Under the pieces are notes generated by a model, which worked only from the letters and a program-made list of their open reading frames with translations, had not been told where the DNA came from and made no database searches. This document shows, piece by piece, positions 1 through 14,022 of a stretch of 64,000 nucleotides of DNA; position 1 is the first letter of the stretch; each line of letters opens with the position of its first letter. Source of the stretch: Eledone cirrhosa (taxonomy: Eukaryota); assembly GCA_964016885.1 (NCBI GenBank), contig OZ024746.1, positions 92,008,001-92,072,000 of the forward strand, given 5' to 3'. Made by a program: the position numbers and the translations under genes.

Positions 1-84
1 TCCTCCTCCACCGCCACCACATCACCTTCTTCACTATTGATTTCATTTCACCTGTGTAGTAAAAAAAATGTCAGAAGGTTCATT

Positions 85-331
85 TGGCCGGCGCTTATCC
101 CGGTTTCATGGCGTGAAGTGACTGAGAGTACAAGACTCCCCACTGGAGAGGACGCCAGTCCATCGCAGGGTTAAACCTCCAGCTATTGCTGGTACTCATT
201 TTCAGCTGAGTATACTGGAGCAAGGTGAAATGAAGTGTTTTGCTCAAGAACACAACACGCACACCAGGAATCGAACCCACGACATTATTATCGTAAATCC
301 AACACTCTTACCACTAGGCCACGTGCCTCCA
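85..331 (-). mobile_element. tRNA-derived SINE, family B (CORE-like)
   Basis: Minus strand reads GTGGAGGCACGTGGCCTAGTGGTAAGAG (A box), GGGTTCGATTCC (B box), then the CORE-like block GTTCTTGAGCAAAACACTTCATTTCAC.TTGCTCCAGT.ACTCAGCTG. Related copies at 19950-20243 and 6478-6634. Confidence 0.8.
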
Positions 332-664
332 CTCCTGTGTAGTAAATGGGTTATTATATTCATCTCCATCTTATCTCTATCACAGCAATCAGACATCAAT
401 CACTAAATCTAAGAACACAGCAGCGAGTTGTTCAAATCTGATCTAAACATATTCCTTTGCCACAAATATGTGGTTCACCTACAAGCAAGAGACTTCCTGT
501 TTAGTAAGTTATTGTTATTATTGTTAGCAGAAAAACCGACCGGTTTTCTGCTAGCATATGTAGTGTGTATATTAAATTATACGCAAATATATAAGCATAT
601 AGATGTGATACGTAAATTGAAAAGTAAATTGACAATATCTTTTTCTTCTTCGTCCACTTATTTC

Positions 665-805
665 TGAGAGGGTCTTGGGGTCAGAGTCCTCAAACCCTCC
701 TTCCAGCAGAAGCAACTATCTCCAACTGATCCGGCTGGATCACCAAGTGAGACCAGCCAAGCTCATGGATGTTATCCTACCATCTTGCTCGGAGTCTACC
801 GCAAA
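665..805 (-). mobile_element. RTE-clade LINE 3' end fragment
   Basis: Minus strand translates GRLRARW*DNIHELGWSHLVIQPDQLEIVA, resembling the GRPRTRW.D C-terminus of RTE/Expander LINEs. Confidence 0.55.
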
Positions 806-879
806 ATCAGCCCTAGTAGACCCATAAGAGGTAGACCCACGACCATAACCTCAATGGCTAAAAAGACTCCCATAGGAAG

Positions 880-1044
880 ATGGAATGGAGGGACCCAAAG
901 CCATATGGACACCCCAAAACAGTGATCAGGTGAGAAAAATGGTTGCCAATCTGTTTATGGTATAGTGGGGGAGGAGACTCAGGAAACTCCTTGAAGAGAG
1001 GTCCATAGACCTCGTCATGTATTCTCGTTACGTAGAAGATATCA

Positions 1045-1100
<56 letters not shown>

Positions 1101-2130
1101 CCCCCACCTATAGTGCCAATAAACCTGAATTAGAAACTAACATAATGGAGGGCATCCAGCAGATAGTTAATTCCATACATCAGAGAATAACAGTAACTAT
1201 TGACTACCCTTCCAAACACCCTAACAATAGACTACCAGTATTAGACACGGACCTCTGGTTAAACACTATAAACGAGAGGGCCCAAATTCTCCACTCACAT
1301 TATGCTAAACCCATGGCTTCCAAATACCTGATACTCAGCAATGTCCAATAGTGCTAAGTTCAATATTCTGATCGCATACTTGGTAAGAGTGATGAAGAAT
1401 GTGTCCCGCATGTGCGACCCAACTGAAATGGAAAGACACATCCAACACTTCATCAATCGCATGCAGTTCTCTGGCTACAACCAAAGAGTGAGAATCAGAG
1501 CATACAAAGGAGCCACGGGGAAATATAAGACCCTTATAAAAATAAAAGGAATTTGCCCATTATTCAGAAGCAAATTATGGAATAGCTTACATAGGACTAA
1601 ACATAAGATAGGAAAAGCCAACTCATAGTACGACAACCAGAGATACCAGAGTGTCATGTTCGTGGATGCTATACCTGGAGGGAAATTAGCTAACCAATGT
1701 ATTAAGGCCCTGAGAAAGACGCACTTAAAAATTAAAGTGGTAGAAAAGCCAGGAACTACTATAAAATCACTGATCAGCAAAACATATCTCTTTAAGAAAA
1801 CACACTGTACAAATAAGAAATGTGTTATATGTAGAATGAACCCTCAAATAAATCGTAAAACTAGAAATGTAGTCTATAGCGTGAGATGTACAGAGGGTAC
1901 TTGCAGAAATAGGACAACGACATAGGAGAAAGAATAGACCAGCACGGGGGGGGGGGGGACTAAAAGGACAAAAAGACGGTTCAGTACTATACGAACACGC
2001 CAGACAAAGACATGACGGTAATATAGACAACATAGAAGTTAAAATAATATCTAAACAAAGAAAGGTAAGCAAATCAGAGAAGCAACTGAAATAGAACTAA
2101 GAAAACCAAACTTGAACAGAAAAAACGAAT
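880..2130 (+). mobile_element. Degraded Penelope-like element (RT C-terminal half plus GIY-YIG remnant)
   Basis: VANLFM..W, YSRYVEDI (YxDD-like), DYPSKHPNNRLPVLD, HYAKPMAS and C..C..C...NVVY.V.C motifs, spread across frameshifts and stops; interrupted by (AAT)n. Confidence 0.75.
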
Positions 2131-2428
2131 GGAATAACAACAACAACCATACCCAAACACACAATACTGACTTAAGGGAAATATAAATAAATAAATAAAT
2201 AAATATATACACAAGTACAATAACAACAAACGCATATAAATACACACTAGTGAACAAAGATAGAATACAAATACAAAAACACATAGACACAAACACGAAC
2301 ACACACACTAAACAGAAAACACAAACGCAAACGCATGTGCAAACAGAGACAGAGACAAGAATAAATAAATAAATTGATTAAATAAAAATGGTGTAGACAT
2401 TACAATACGATGGGAGGAAACATAATAG

Positions 2429-2472
2429 TACCAGTGATGATGTCACAGATGTGTGATGAAAGAACTTTGATA
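2429..2472 (+). ncRNA. Degenerate type I hammerhead ribozyme in PLE pseudo-LTR
   Basis: GTGATGA-T-GTCACA gatg TGTGAT-GAAA-GAAC-TT; C3 is mutated. The surrounding 2390-2610 is the reverse complement of 25060-25305. Confidence 0.55.
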
Positions 2473-2677
2473 GACTATATATATATCTGTATTTTTAACC
2501 ATTAGTCAATCAATGATAAACATTAATTGCCAGATAAATTAACTATGGAGATATAGAAACCAACCCAAACCAAACAGTGAGTGTGTTCTATTATTATTTC
2601 TGGCAATATGACCCTCCCCAAATATAACAATATACATATATATGTATATATCTTTCTCACTTACATTCGCCCCACCC

Positions 2678-2758
<81 letters not shown>

Positions 2759-3038
2759 AATACTGTTAGCTTCTCGCTACAATAATTTCTATACTTTTCA
2801 TTTATATATATATACAATTGATGTTGGATGCTTAAAGCGTCCGTATGCGGTAGGCCGTATGAGCACTCCATGCCCTCGTAGAGCAGAGTATGATATCACA
2901 GAAAAAAGAGAATCAGTGTTGAGACGAAAGGAATTTATCGGACATATTACAATTGTTTCTCGGGCGACCAGCTCGAGGCACGATCGATGGGGTGATCAAA
3001 CCTGACTCTGAAATCGCGTGGTCCTCGGATACATCTCG

Positions 3039-3103
<65 letters not shown>

Positions 3104-3230
3104 TCTCACTCCCATTCACTCTTGCTATGTATGTCTGGTCTGTATTCAGACATAGAGAGGATATGGGCTCCGCCAGGTTTTTAAAAAGTGCCCTAACAAC
3201 GCCGTATATCAATATGATACCCCTATGGCT

Positions 3231-3650
3231 GTGGAGGCAGCATGGTCAAATGATTAAGACGTTCGCTTCACTATCTTAGGTCCCAGGTTTGATCCCACCA
3301 CGTGATATCTTAAGTATTTTTACTCTCAGGTCAAACTGAACCTTGTAAGTGAAATAGAGGTTGACAGAAACTGGTTGGTCGAGTGGATTGTAACCGTAAT
3401 TCGTCCAGCTTTGTCACATGTGTCATACTGATTTGGCTTCGGAATTGCATGGAAAATACACGTGACTATGGAATAGTCAACCACGTACACGTTAATTCAC
3501 AAATTAATCTGAACGCTCATCGTCTAAACCGACGGAGAATCCGTCACCATGTCGAATAAGTATCCCTATCTCTTTGCTTTTAGCCACAGTATACAACCAA
3601 TCAATGGCATTGCCCCAGCCTGGCCTCAGCCTGTCGGTTGGAACACGTAA
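3231..3650 (+). mobile_element. Diverged tRNA-derived SINE
   Basis: GTGGAGGCAGCATGGTCAAATGATTAAG head and GGTTTGATCCC B-box-like motif. Confidence 0.5.
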
Positions 3651-4255
3651 TAGAGTAACCAAGCGCCAGTGATTTGGTTCGAATGTACAGCCGTTCGATC
3701 ATCAGCTTAACAATGTAAAGACTCAGTAAAAATGAAACCTTTTACCGTATGTAACTACTCTCCATGATTGAATATCTGACCTTCGGCTTACTTCCTCAAA
3801 GTAATTCTTACACAGAGAAGAAGACTGAAATACTGACTACGGTTCCATTAATCCGAAATAATATCGTAAGCGATTACAAGGCAGCAGTTAATGCTGGCTA
3901 GATAGATCTAACTATATTAAGGTTACATTCTATATTATATTATAGTATATCTCTCGTATCAGTAGGCCGTGTATTTTCTTTAAATAGCTAATAACAGGAT
4001 AGAAAAATATTATAGAAGCTGAGCTTAGCAAACTAAATATGATGATATGATTACCCCAGCTTAGCAACTATTCCTTCACATCATCCTCTCTTTTTCCATT
4101 CACTTGGATTTTACTTATTATATTTCCTTATTTTTGCTGTCTCCGCTTACTTCCCTAAGTCATTGCTTTATTCAATTCCAAAAATGGTTCTTCCTATTTA
4201 TTTCTTCTTCGACTATTTATCTATTTATTGATTTGTCATTTCAAATGATAAAATG

Positions 4256-4373
<118 letters not shown>

Positions 4374-4476
4374 CATATCTAAATATATCGATTATTCACA
4401 GCTAATCCTTTAGATTAGATTATATCCATGGCTCCGCAGCACACTGTTTATATATATATATATATATATACACACA

Positions 4477-4573
<97 letters not shown>

Positions 4574-4639
4574 CGTTTCTGAATTTGTTTAGCAAGGTTC
4601 TTAATTTATCTGAAAACGTGTGTTGAAACCGATAATGTT

Positions 4640-5600
4640 ATGCTTTGGGAGGGTCATGTTGCCAATAAGAAACACACGTACCAGGTGCTTTCACTCCAAT
4701 TTATTATAAATTAAATTTATCAATTTAAGAATTTATAAATTTCCGGTTGGTTGGTTGGTTCCACAACCAGATGGTTGTTTATATATTGTCAAAGTTCTTT
4801 CGTCACACATTCTGTGACCTCTTCAGTGACTGGGGAAGATGGCGTAGGACAGAACAAAGAAGAGGCACAAAAAAACAAAGAAAGAATCCCCAGTCACTGA
4901 AGAATTTTTAGCGTGGTAATAAATAGCCGAACTTTTCAAGGGGTAATTCCTTACAAGGGAAGATTGTAGTTGTCAAAAGGATTGGTCAAAATTTCCTGTA
5001 AACACAATTAAATCTTTCATGGCGGTGGGTGGTAGGTGGGGGTGGCTGAACTTGCCTGTAGAACAATGAGGGAGTGGGTGGAACCGGTCAAGCGTTGAAA
5101 GTGAATTCTATACAGCAAATTCTAAGGAGTGTGTATGAAATTAGGTTAGGTAGAAAGCAGACGAAAAAGAAATCTGAGAGTGGGACGTTATAAAATTAAA
5201 TGGTTAATAAATTGAGATTAAAAGAAAAAAATAATAAAATAATTAAATAATAAAAAATAATAAAAAATAATAAAAAATCTCTAGAGTCTAAAGCAGCTGC
5301 TATATTTTTAGCTGGTATTGTGTTTTCGGCCAATGTTATATAGAATTTACTTTTTCGTCTTTTTTATTTAGGAGTTGGTCCTTCGTAAACAGCATTTGTA
5401 TTGTTTCCTCCGAGCATAAGTTACACAGACGGCGTCCTCTCGTGTAGTAGTTAGCCCTGGACAGTAAGCTCCAAGTAAGATTGTATGTTATGTTATTATC
5501 TTGGAGATCGATGTGGCCCGAGAGTGTAGTGGCATGTCACCGGGCCGGGTTTGGGAACGTATGTCGGTGTTGGTAGAGCCGGATCTTAAAGTCACAAGCG
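4640..5600 (-). mobile_element. PLE 3' fragment (GIY-YIG C-terminus, 3' UTR and pseudo-LTR)
   Basis: Minus strand 5600-5330 translates DFKIRLYQHRHTF...TTLSGHI..QDNNITYNLTWSLL...CNLCSEE...LLNKKDE; hammerhead downstream at 4788-4830. Confidence 0.75.
4788..4830 (-). ncRNA. Type I hammerhead ribozyme
   Basis: GTCA-CTGAAGA-G-GTCACA gaatg TGTGAC-GAAA-GAAC-TT-TGAC; stems I, II and III all pair. Confidence 0.75.
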
Positions 5601-5602
5601 GG

Positions 5603-5772
5603 ACTGGGGGTTTAAAATATCACCCTACAAACGTCCCTAACCCGAGTCAATTTCCTGGACGTTACCCTCAAACTCGAAAATGATCTGTACTACCCATACA
5701 GGAAACCGAATGACAACCTACACTACATCCACCGCCGCTCTAACCATCCTAGAAACATCATCAATAACCTGA
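5603..5772 (+). mobile_element. PLE RT C-terminal fragment, inverted relative to the adjacent EN fragment
   Basis: Translates VNFLDVTLKLENDLYYPYRKPNDNLHYIHRRSNHPRNIINNL. Confidence 0.8.
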
Positions 5773-6477
5773 TGTATATATATATATATATATATATACA
5801 TATACACATATGCATATATATATATAAAGGTCGTTATCTAATAAATTAATATATGGAAAACTAGAAGTGGGACTTCATATAATTAACAAACCAACAGTAC
5901 GAGGTGCAACTGACGTGGAACATTTAAGCCTGATTACGCCATGATTCGTTGATCGTTGTGATAAAAAGCAACACAGACAATAAACTAACATTGTCTGGCC
6001 ACTTCCTCTTTGGACCGGTCACCGTTGAGACACGGCGTCCTTGGACTCCGGATAGTTGACCTCCTCCGTAAAATCTGATAGCAGCCCATCTGAGGATGGA
6101 ACTCCGCGAGGTGGAGTGTTGCAGCGGGTGTCACTGGTCATTGTCCACGGAATTACCTTTGCCATTTTGTTCGTGCAGCCGAAACACCGCCCTAACCCAG
6201 GTGTAGTCTGTCACCCTCTCCTCTTCCTTTCTCTCGTATTCCTTCCTCTTCCTCTCTTCTCAACTATAGCGTTGTAGTCCTTTCCAATGCTGCTCTCTTT
6301 ATCTCTATGTTTATATAACTCTACTGTGAATTTATATATATATGTGTCTGTCTGTCTGTATGTGTGTGTGTGTGTCTGTATGTATGTGTGTGTGTGTGTG
6401 TGTGTCTGTATGTGAGTCCCAGATTCAATCGGGGATAATCACAGTAAGGTACTCAATACATTAGTATTGAGTACCTT

Positions 6478-6634
6478 ACGGGCAAGTTTGTATGTGGAAG
6501 ACCAGCAGTCACCCAAACATACCAGTCTCCCTCTCTCCACGCCATCGATGTTGTCCAAGGGAAAGGCAATGGCTGATAGAGCTTGGTACCCCGATTGCAA
6601 GCCCAATGCTCTAACCACTAAGCCATGCGCCTTC
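6478..6634 (-). mobile_element. Internally deleted SINE family B copy
   Basis: Matches both ends of the 19950-20243 copy (GACCAGCAGTCACCCA...GGAAAGGCAATGGCTGATA; GATTGCAAGCCCAATGCTCTAACCACTAAGCCA). Confidence 0.65.
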
Positions 6635-6917
6635 TTTGGGAGAATTGGCTAGTCAAGAGTGCTAAATACTCAGGTGCCAGCACTCTTATCAAGTAGAGCT
6701 CTTTTACTTTAGTTCAAGTAATGATTTGGAAAACTCCAGAAACTTCATAGTTGGTGCTACTGCTGCTGCTGCTGCTGCTTCTTCTTCTTCTTCTTCTTCT
6801 TCTTCTTCTTCTTCTTCTTCTTCTTCTTCTTCTTCTTCTTCTTCTTCTTCTTCTTCTTGAGAGGGTCGTGGGGGAAGAGACCTCAGGCACTCCTTCCTGC
6901 AGTTTCTTCTCCTCCTG

Positions 6918-6994
<77 letters not shown>

Positions 6995-7334
6995 TCTCCC
7001 AGAAATACACAGGTTCCTCAGTCGACCCTATAACTCTAAAGCTAAAAGTTATTGAACAAACAATTATTTTGTTCTCAGTTTTCCAGTTAGTGTTCAATTA
7101 GGTGTTTGATTGGTGTGGTGGTGTGAGGTAAGTATGGCGGTCCAGTGATTAATGGCCGCCTTCATAGGGCAGGCTTCCCTCTGAAGAGACATATGTAGTC
7201 TGCTACTTCTATTATAGTAATGATATACCTGAATACTTACTTTCATCCTTATAGACATGTTAACCAATAGCTTCACCTTTTAACTTATATATGTATCTAT
7301 ATATACATGTATGGATGGTTGTATGTATGTGTGA

Positions 7335-7408
<74 letters not shown>

Positions 7409-7417
7409 ATGTGTGAA

Positions 7418-7470
<53 letters not shown>

Positions 7471-7586
7471 TTATGTATGTATGTGTGGATATATATATGT
7501 ATTCATATATATATATATATATATATACACACCCACAATCACACACATATACATCATCATCATCGTTTTTACACACACACACAAAC

Positions 7587-7655
<69 letters not shown>

Positions 7656-7898
7656 TTAGCTATATAGCTTGATTTTCATTTTACTTTTAATTCGTTGATT
7701 CCAGTTCCATATAATAATTTGTATCATCATTCTTTGATTCTTGTGACACCAATCGTTATTAAATAAACACCACCAAAACTCCACAAAATCATACATGGAC
7801 GACAAAATACAAGAGTATTTCAAAGGGGATAAATTAATACTTAAAATCGTTTAATCGGTTCTTTTCGAAAATACTACAAATTTTTTATAGTTCGTTAG

Positions 7899-7949
<51 letters not shown>

Positions 7950-8824
7950 CACATTCGCACTCACACACACACACACACGCACGCACATACACACACTCCC
8001 ACAGGCACACTGACATATGTACATACACATTCATACACACTCACAGACATATACACACTCTCTCACACACACTCACATATACACACACTCATGCACATAC
8101 ACTCACATACACACACACACTCACACACACATATGCGCACACACGCTCACTCACATACACACTCACATAAACACACTCACACACACAAATACGCCTTGAG
8201 CGCTCACTCACATAAACACAGACTCACACAGACATTGAAAATATAACGCAGTTGGGGAAAGTTTTTTTACATAATGTATAAAAATGACCAAACTCCAATG
8301 AAAATAGATTGAAAGATAAAATTTAATGCAACAAATAGTAAAATTAATATGAAGTTATTTGAACAAATCAGCAGACGACAGTGAACGGAGAAAAAGGACG
8401 ACATTTTATATTTTGTGAGATTTTGCTGTTTATGGCTTCATTTCATTTTTCTCTGTCTGCTATGTGTGTGTGTCTATATATGCATGTATGCATGTATGCA
8501 TGTATGTATTTATATATGTGCGCATGTATGTACGGTATTGTATGTATCTATGTGTGAATGCATGTATGTGTATATATGTACGTATGTATGCATGTATGTA
8601 TTTGTATATGTGCGCATGTATGTATGTGTATGTATCTATGTGTGTATACATGTGTGTGTATGTATGTATGCATATATGTATATATGTATATGTATGTATG
8701 TATGTACAAATGGACGTATATATGGATGTTTTCATGCTTGTATGTATGTGTGTATGTGTATATATGTATGTAAATATATATATATACATACATACATACA
8801 TACATACATACATACATACATACA

Positions 8825-8858
<34 letters not shown>

Positions 8859-9175
8859 CATGTACGTGTGTTGTGTGATTTAAAGGTTTTCTTACCTTTT
8901 ATGTATATATAAAGTATAAAATAGTGCTAATTAACATATTGTGGGGTTTAGCGCAACCATATTTTTAATTTCATGTCACGGTATAGTGTGTGGGGGAGGG
9001 GGGAGGGTAATAAAAATATAGAGTAAGACTGAGAGAGATGGAAGGATAGAAAGGAACATAAAAAGAGATATATAATATATATATATATATATATACCTGG
9101 TTCCTTACCACACTTCCTTCGTTATATATGTATATATATATATAAATATAGTTATTTTCTATCTCTGTATATATC

Positions 9176-9231
<56 letters not shown>

Positions 9232-9387
9232 GAGGGGGGGGGGGCAATGAAGGAGCGAGAAAGACATCATTGATCGTTATAAGATTAGATAGAACGCTGA
9301 ATTCTAACACATGAAATTATTTCGATTGTTAGTGATTATGAAATAATTGGAGCTCGTTAGCAGACGATATGTTGTGGTATGATGGCT

Positions 9388-10302
9388 GGTGGTGGTGGTG
9401 GTGGTGGTACAAGGTATTGAAGGCGGGGTGGTGGTGGTGGTGGTGGTGGTGGTGGTGGTGGTGGTGGTGTTGGTGGTACAAGGTATTGAAGGCGGGGTAG
9501 TGGTGGTGGTGGTGGTGGTGGTGGTCGTGGTGGTGGTGGTGGTGGTGGTGGTGGTGGTACAAGGTATTGAAGGCGGGGTGGTGGTGGTGGTGGTGGTGGT
9601 GGTGGTGGTGGTGGTGGTGGTGGTGGTGGTACAAGGTATTAAAGGCGGGCTGGTGGTGGTGGTGGTGGTACAAGGTATTGAAGGCGGGGTGGTGGTGATT
9701 GTGGTGGTGGTGGTGGTGGTACAAGGTATTGAAGGCGGGGTGGTGGTGGTGGTGGTGGTGGTTGTGGTGGTGGTGGTGGTGGTACAAGGTATTGAAGGCG
9801 GGGTGGTGGTGGTGGTAGTGGTGATACAAGGTATTGAAGGCGGGGTGGGGTTGTTGGTGGTGGTGGTGGTGGTGGTGGTGGTACAAGGTATTGAAGGCGG
9901 GGTGGTGGTGGTGGTGGTGGTGGTGGTACAAGGTATTGAAGGCGGGGTGGTGGTGGTGGTAGTGGTGATACAAGGTATTGAAGGCGGGGTGGGGTTGTTG
10001 GTGGTGGTGGTGGTAGTGGTGGTGGTACAAGGTATTGAAGGAGGAGGTGGTGGTGGTGGTGGTGGTGGTGGTAGTGGTGGTACAAGGTATTGAAGGCGGG
10101 GTGGTGGTGGTGGTGGTGGTGGTGGTGCAAGGTATTGAAGGCGGGGTGGCGGTGGTGGTGGTGGTAGTACAAGGTGTTGAAGGCGGTGGTAGTGGTGGTG
10201 GCGGTGGTTGTGATGATGATGATGGTGGTGTTAATGGTGGTACAAGATATTGAAGGCGGGGTGGCGGTTGGTGGTGGTGGTGGTACAAGGTGTTGGAGGC
10301 GG
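9388..10302. repeat. Compound minisatellite: TACAAGGTATTGAAGGCGGG units separated by variable (GGT)n
   Basis: About 17 copies of the 20-bp constant block visible; explains the poly-V, poly-H and poly-P ORFs. Confidence 0.95.
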
Positions 10303-10602
10303 AGTTAGTGAAAGAATTAACGGTCTAGATTATTTTATTTCCAGTAATTTCTAGATTTTTCTATTTCTTCCAATCTGAGAAGTTTCTCTCATCTGTCGTC
10401 TGTTCCTCTCATTTATTGTGTTATATATTTTACTGTATAGCTGTGGTGGCTAATGAAGAGAGGAGGGGCGGGGGGTGAAGGGGTGTGGGAGGAAGGGGAG
10501 GGGGGAGGGAGGGAGAGAAAGATATATATAACAGTGGGATGTGATGCGTATATACAGTTATTAGTAAAATGCCTCATAACGCGTGGGTGTATATATATAT
10601 AT

Positions 10603-10660
<58 letters not shown>

Positions 10661-10738
10661 ATATATATATATAGATATATAAATATATATAGATCTATAT
10701 ATATATATATTTAGATATATATAAATACACACATACTT

Positions 10739-10773
<35 letters not shown>

Positions 10774-11008
10774 AAATATATATATATATATCAAAGAAAG
10801 AGAGAGAGAGGGTGTGGGTGACATTGATTTCCTGGTGTAATAGATTTTTAGCACAATTAAATACATGACATCATACACTCACACATGCATATACACACAC
10901 ACACATACACATACATACACACACATACACACACATACACATACACACACATACACACACATACACACACACATACACACACATACACATACACACACAC
11001 ACATACAC

Positions 11009-11052
<44 letters not shown>

Positions 11053-11388
11053 ACACATACAAATACACACACACATACACACACATACATACATACACAC
11101 ACGTTTACATGAGTATCTGTATGTGTGTGTGTATGTGTGTGTATGTGTGTGTATGTGTGTGTGTATGTGTATGTATGTGTGTGTGTGTATGTGTGTGTGT
11201 GTGTGTATGTGTGTGTATGTGTGTGTGTATGTGTATGTGTGTGTGTGTGTGTGTATGTGTGAGTGTGAACACTGGACTGATTTCACAGCCCCTTTGTCAG
11301 ATGTTCACCGCCATTTTCGATCTCTTCCCTGTTCAATATATTTACAAATCTTATCATCATCGTCATCATCATCATTATCATAGTCAGC

Positions 11389-11420
<32 letters not shown>

Positions 11421-11439
11421 CATCATCGTCAGCATCATA

Positions 11440-11795
11440 TCGGTAGAGGGTCAGACGCCATGCTTCGCAGCTTAGAGTTACGGCCCTTTAAGGTCTGAGT
11501 TCAAATTCCACCGAGGTTAACTTAGCCTTTCATCCTTATAGAGTCGATATAATAAAGTACCAGTAATGCACTGGGGCCGATTTAATCGACCCCCCCTCTC
11601 CCGTAATTTCTGGCTTTGTGTCTATATAAGGAACCATTATTGGCGGTATCGGTAGAGGGCCGAACGCCAGGCTTTGCTGCAAAGAGTTACGGTCTGAATT
11701 CAAATCCCGCCGAGGTTAACTTGGCGATAAAATAAAGTACCAGTAATGCACTGGGATAATTGCTGGCATTGTGCCAAAAGTACAAACAATTATTA
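11440..11795 (+). mobile_element. Two tandem copies of tRNA-derived SINE family A
   Basis: TATCGGTAGAGGG head, GAGTTCAAATCCC B box, GCCTTTCATCC...GATAAAATAAAGTACCAGTAATGCACTGGG body, and AAACAATTATT tail. Confidence 0.8.
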
Positions 11796-12010
11796 TGATT
11801 TACCTCTCACACCAAAGTGTAATGACAGCACCATGAAACAAAGAGTAGAATCACAGACAACAAGGACTGAATTGTTGTGAGTCCGTTTAACCTTTGCCGT
11901 TTCCGTTCTCTTCTCAATCATTACCGGGTTCAATCCTACTATCTTGGCCACTTATATATCATACATAGCCATAGGACAACCCAAGCCTTTACAGTAAAAG
12001 AGACTAGATG

Positions 12011-12214
12011 CAGGGTCGGATTTAATAGGGGTCAAAGGGGTAATTTCTCCAAGTCCCCTGAAGTGGGAGGCCACAACAGCGACGGCCGTATCAATTTATT
12101 TGTGCCCTCATCTGAGCTTTTTAGTTTAGGATGGTTAGAAGTTTTCAATTTAATACCTGTATATATAACAAACCTGAACTGTTCCTGGCCCCCTACGGTC
12201 TAAATCCAACCCTC
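12011..12214. mobile_element. hAT-type MITE
   Basis: Imperfect TIRs CAGGGTCGGATTTA / TAAATCCAACCCTC, flanked by a perfect 8-bp TSD ACTAGATG (12003-12010, 12215-12222). Confidence 0.85.
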
Positions 12215-12329
12215 ACTAGATGGGAACTGTTTAGAATCCAGTTGGATGGACCGCATCTGAAATTCAAAGGGTAAGCCTTGTTAGTTACTATTGAATTCAA
12301 ATTCAGATAAGTCCCTGAGCAAACTGAGC

Positions 12330-13025
12330 ACGATCGGACAGAGTGGAGATTGTTCAGCGCAACAATTTCTGCTTCAGCTGTTAAATGCTGCGGAAAACGA
12401 GGCTTGGTGTGGGGCCGGATAGCAGGAGGACACCTTGGTTCAATGGAGAGGTCAAGAATGCCATCCGAGCAAAGAAGAAAGCCTACAAAACTTGACTTGG
12501 AAATAAGTCCTCCTTGTTGCACTTGCAGTACAAGCAGACACGAAGAATCGCATCAGGGACAGTAAAGGTGTCCAAATTTAAGACATGGGAGGACATTGGG
12601 GCTAAGCTGAAATCTGACTTCAGATCAGCAAATAAAGTGTTCTGGCAGACCATCCATTGACTTCGTAATAAGAAGCCCCCTCTACACCTGCTATCAGGAA
12701 CACACCCGGGGTTCTCATCTCTTCGAGGTGCATCCTCGTGGGTGGAGAGAATACTTTGTTGATCTCCTAAACCCGAAAAAAAAACAGCATTTTCTGATGT
12801 ACGCAAGGTGCATCTGGGAGCAGTGACTAATCTCTTAGAGACTGAGGTCACAAGACTGAAATGTGGCAAGGTCGCCGAGGAAGATGTTAAAAGCCCTAAA
12901 TAGAGAAAGTATTCTCTGGCTGACTCGTGTGTGCCGGGTGGCCTAGATCTCTGGAAAGACACCTAAGCAATGACAATCGGCAAAAGCGAGACAAGAGAGA
13001 TTGTTCCAATTACAGAGGGAACTTG
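12330..13025 (+). mobile_element. RTE/Expander-like LINE fragment (EN-RT linker and RT start)
   Basis: AIRAKKKAYK...KTWEDIGAKLKSDFRSANKVFWQTI..LR; WLTRVCRVA*ISGKTP; DCSNYRG. Confidence 0.75.
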
Positions 13026-13554
13026 TGGATATCGAAAGACAAGTCCAAATCGAAAACAAGAGTAATATCCGGTGTTTAACTCTTTCGCTAGATTTGTGAT
13101 CTGGTACAGCAAAGATTACAGGTGGTGATTCAGTAGCAGAGGTGAGGGGAACGTAGAATAACACAACCGGTGGTATTCGTTCAAATCCAGTCACGGTCAA
13201 TTTTGCCTTTCATCTTTTCGAGGTCGATAAATAAAGTACCAATACTGGAGTGGTAGTTTATTGTCGATTCTTCCTCTAACTCTCTCGCTCACACATCCTC
13301 TCGCCTTTCATTAGTTTTCTCTGGAAGAAATCGGTTGTGTTCATACGTGGAGTAGTTGGATGGACGCCGCAAGAGATGTATTTCTCACAACGTCGCCACT
13401 TACGATTCCATTAGGTATTCAGAAGCCATGGGTGAATAACAACGATTGAAAATAGGTAGAGAAACTATTACAAGATATTCACAACTAAACCAGTAGAAAC
13501 ATCTAGAAGAAGATATTCAAAATTAGTCAGTAGAAAGTTTTAGTTAAAACATAA

Positions 13555-13740
13555 CTGTTTCTACTTTAGGCACAAGGCCAGCAATTGCCCAGTGCATTAC
13601 TGGCACTTTATTTTATCGACCCCGTAAGGATGAAAGGCAAAGCCAACCTCGGCGGGATTTGAACTCAGATCGTAAAGGGACGTAACTATGCTAGAAAGCA
13701 TGGCGTCCGACCCTCTACCGATACTGCCAATCCACCGCCC
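13555..13740 (-). mobile_element. SINE family A, near full length
   Basis: Reverse complement of the family A sequence, with A and B boxes. Confidence 0.85.
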
Positions 13741-13962
13741 TTTGTTTAGTTAAAACATAACGAAGGTGAGAAATACTTGAAATGTCAGCATAAAAGATTA
13801 AAACAGAAAGGAAGGGGAAATAATCTCATACTCATTACAATGTTTCCACGTGACTTGGTTGGAAATAAACATTTAAAAGATAGTAGTAAGAAACTCTCAG
13901 GAGAGCTGGACAACAGTAGGTATTCAGAGAAGAACCCTCATCCTCAAACGAATGTTTCAGCC

Positions 13963-14022
<60 letters not shown>

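Noticed and set aside
7178-7210. CTGAAGA-GAC...GTC hammerhead-like start
   Set aside because: No GAAA, stem III or stem I follows.
9329-10288. His-rich and Val-rich ORFs; CRISPR-like repeat-spacer appearance
   Set aside because: Spacers are only (GGT)n, the context is eukaryotic, and there are no cas genes.
10880-11265. Large (CA)n/(TG)n foldback
   Set aside because: Adjacent opposed microsatellites are common throughout this window; no unique information.
11804-11921. Possible minus-strand first exon with hydrophobic peptide ending G|GTAAAT
   Set aside because: No recognisable homology or downstream exons; chance occurrence is plausible.
13555-13740. tRNA gene calls for A/B-box sequences
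   Set aside because: They are heads of a multicopy SINE with an extended body and no cloverleaf.
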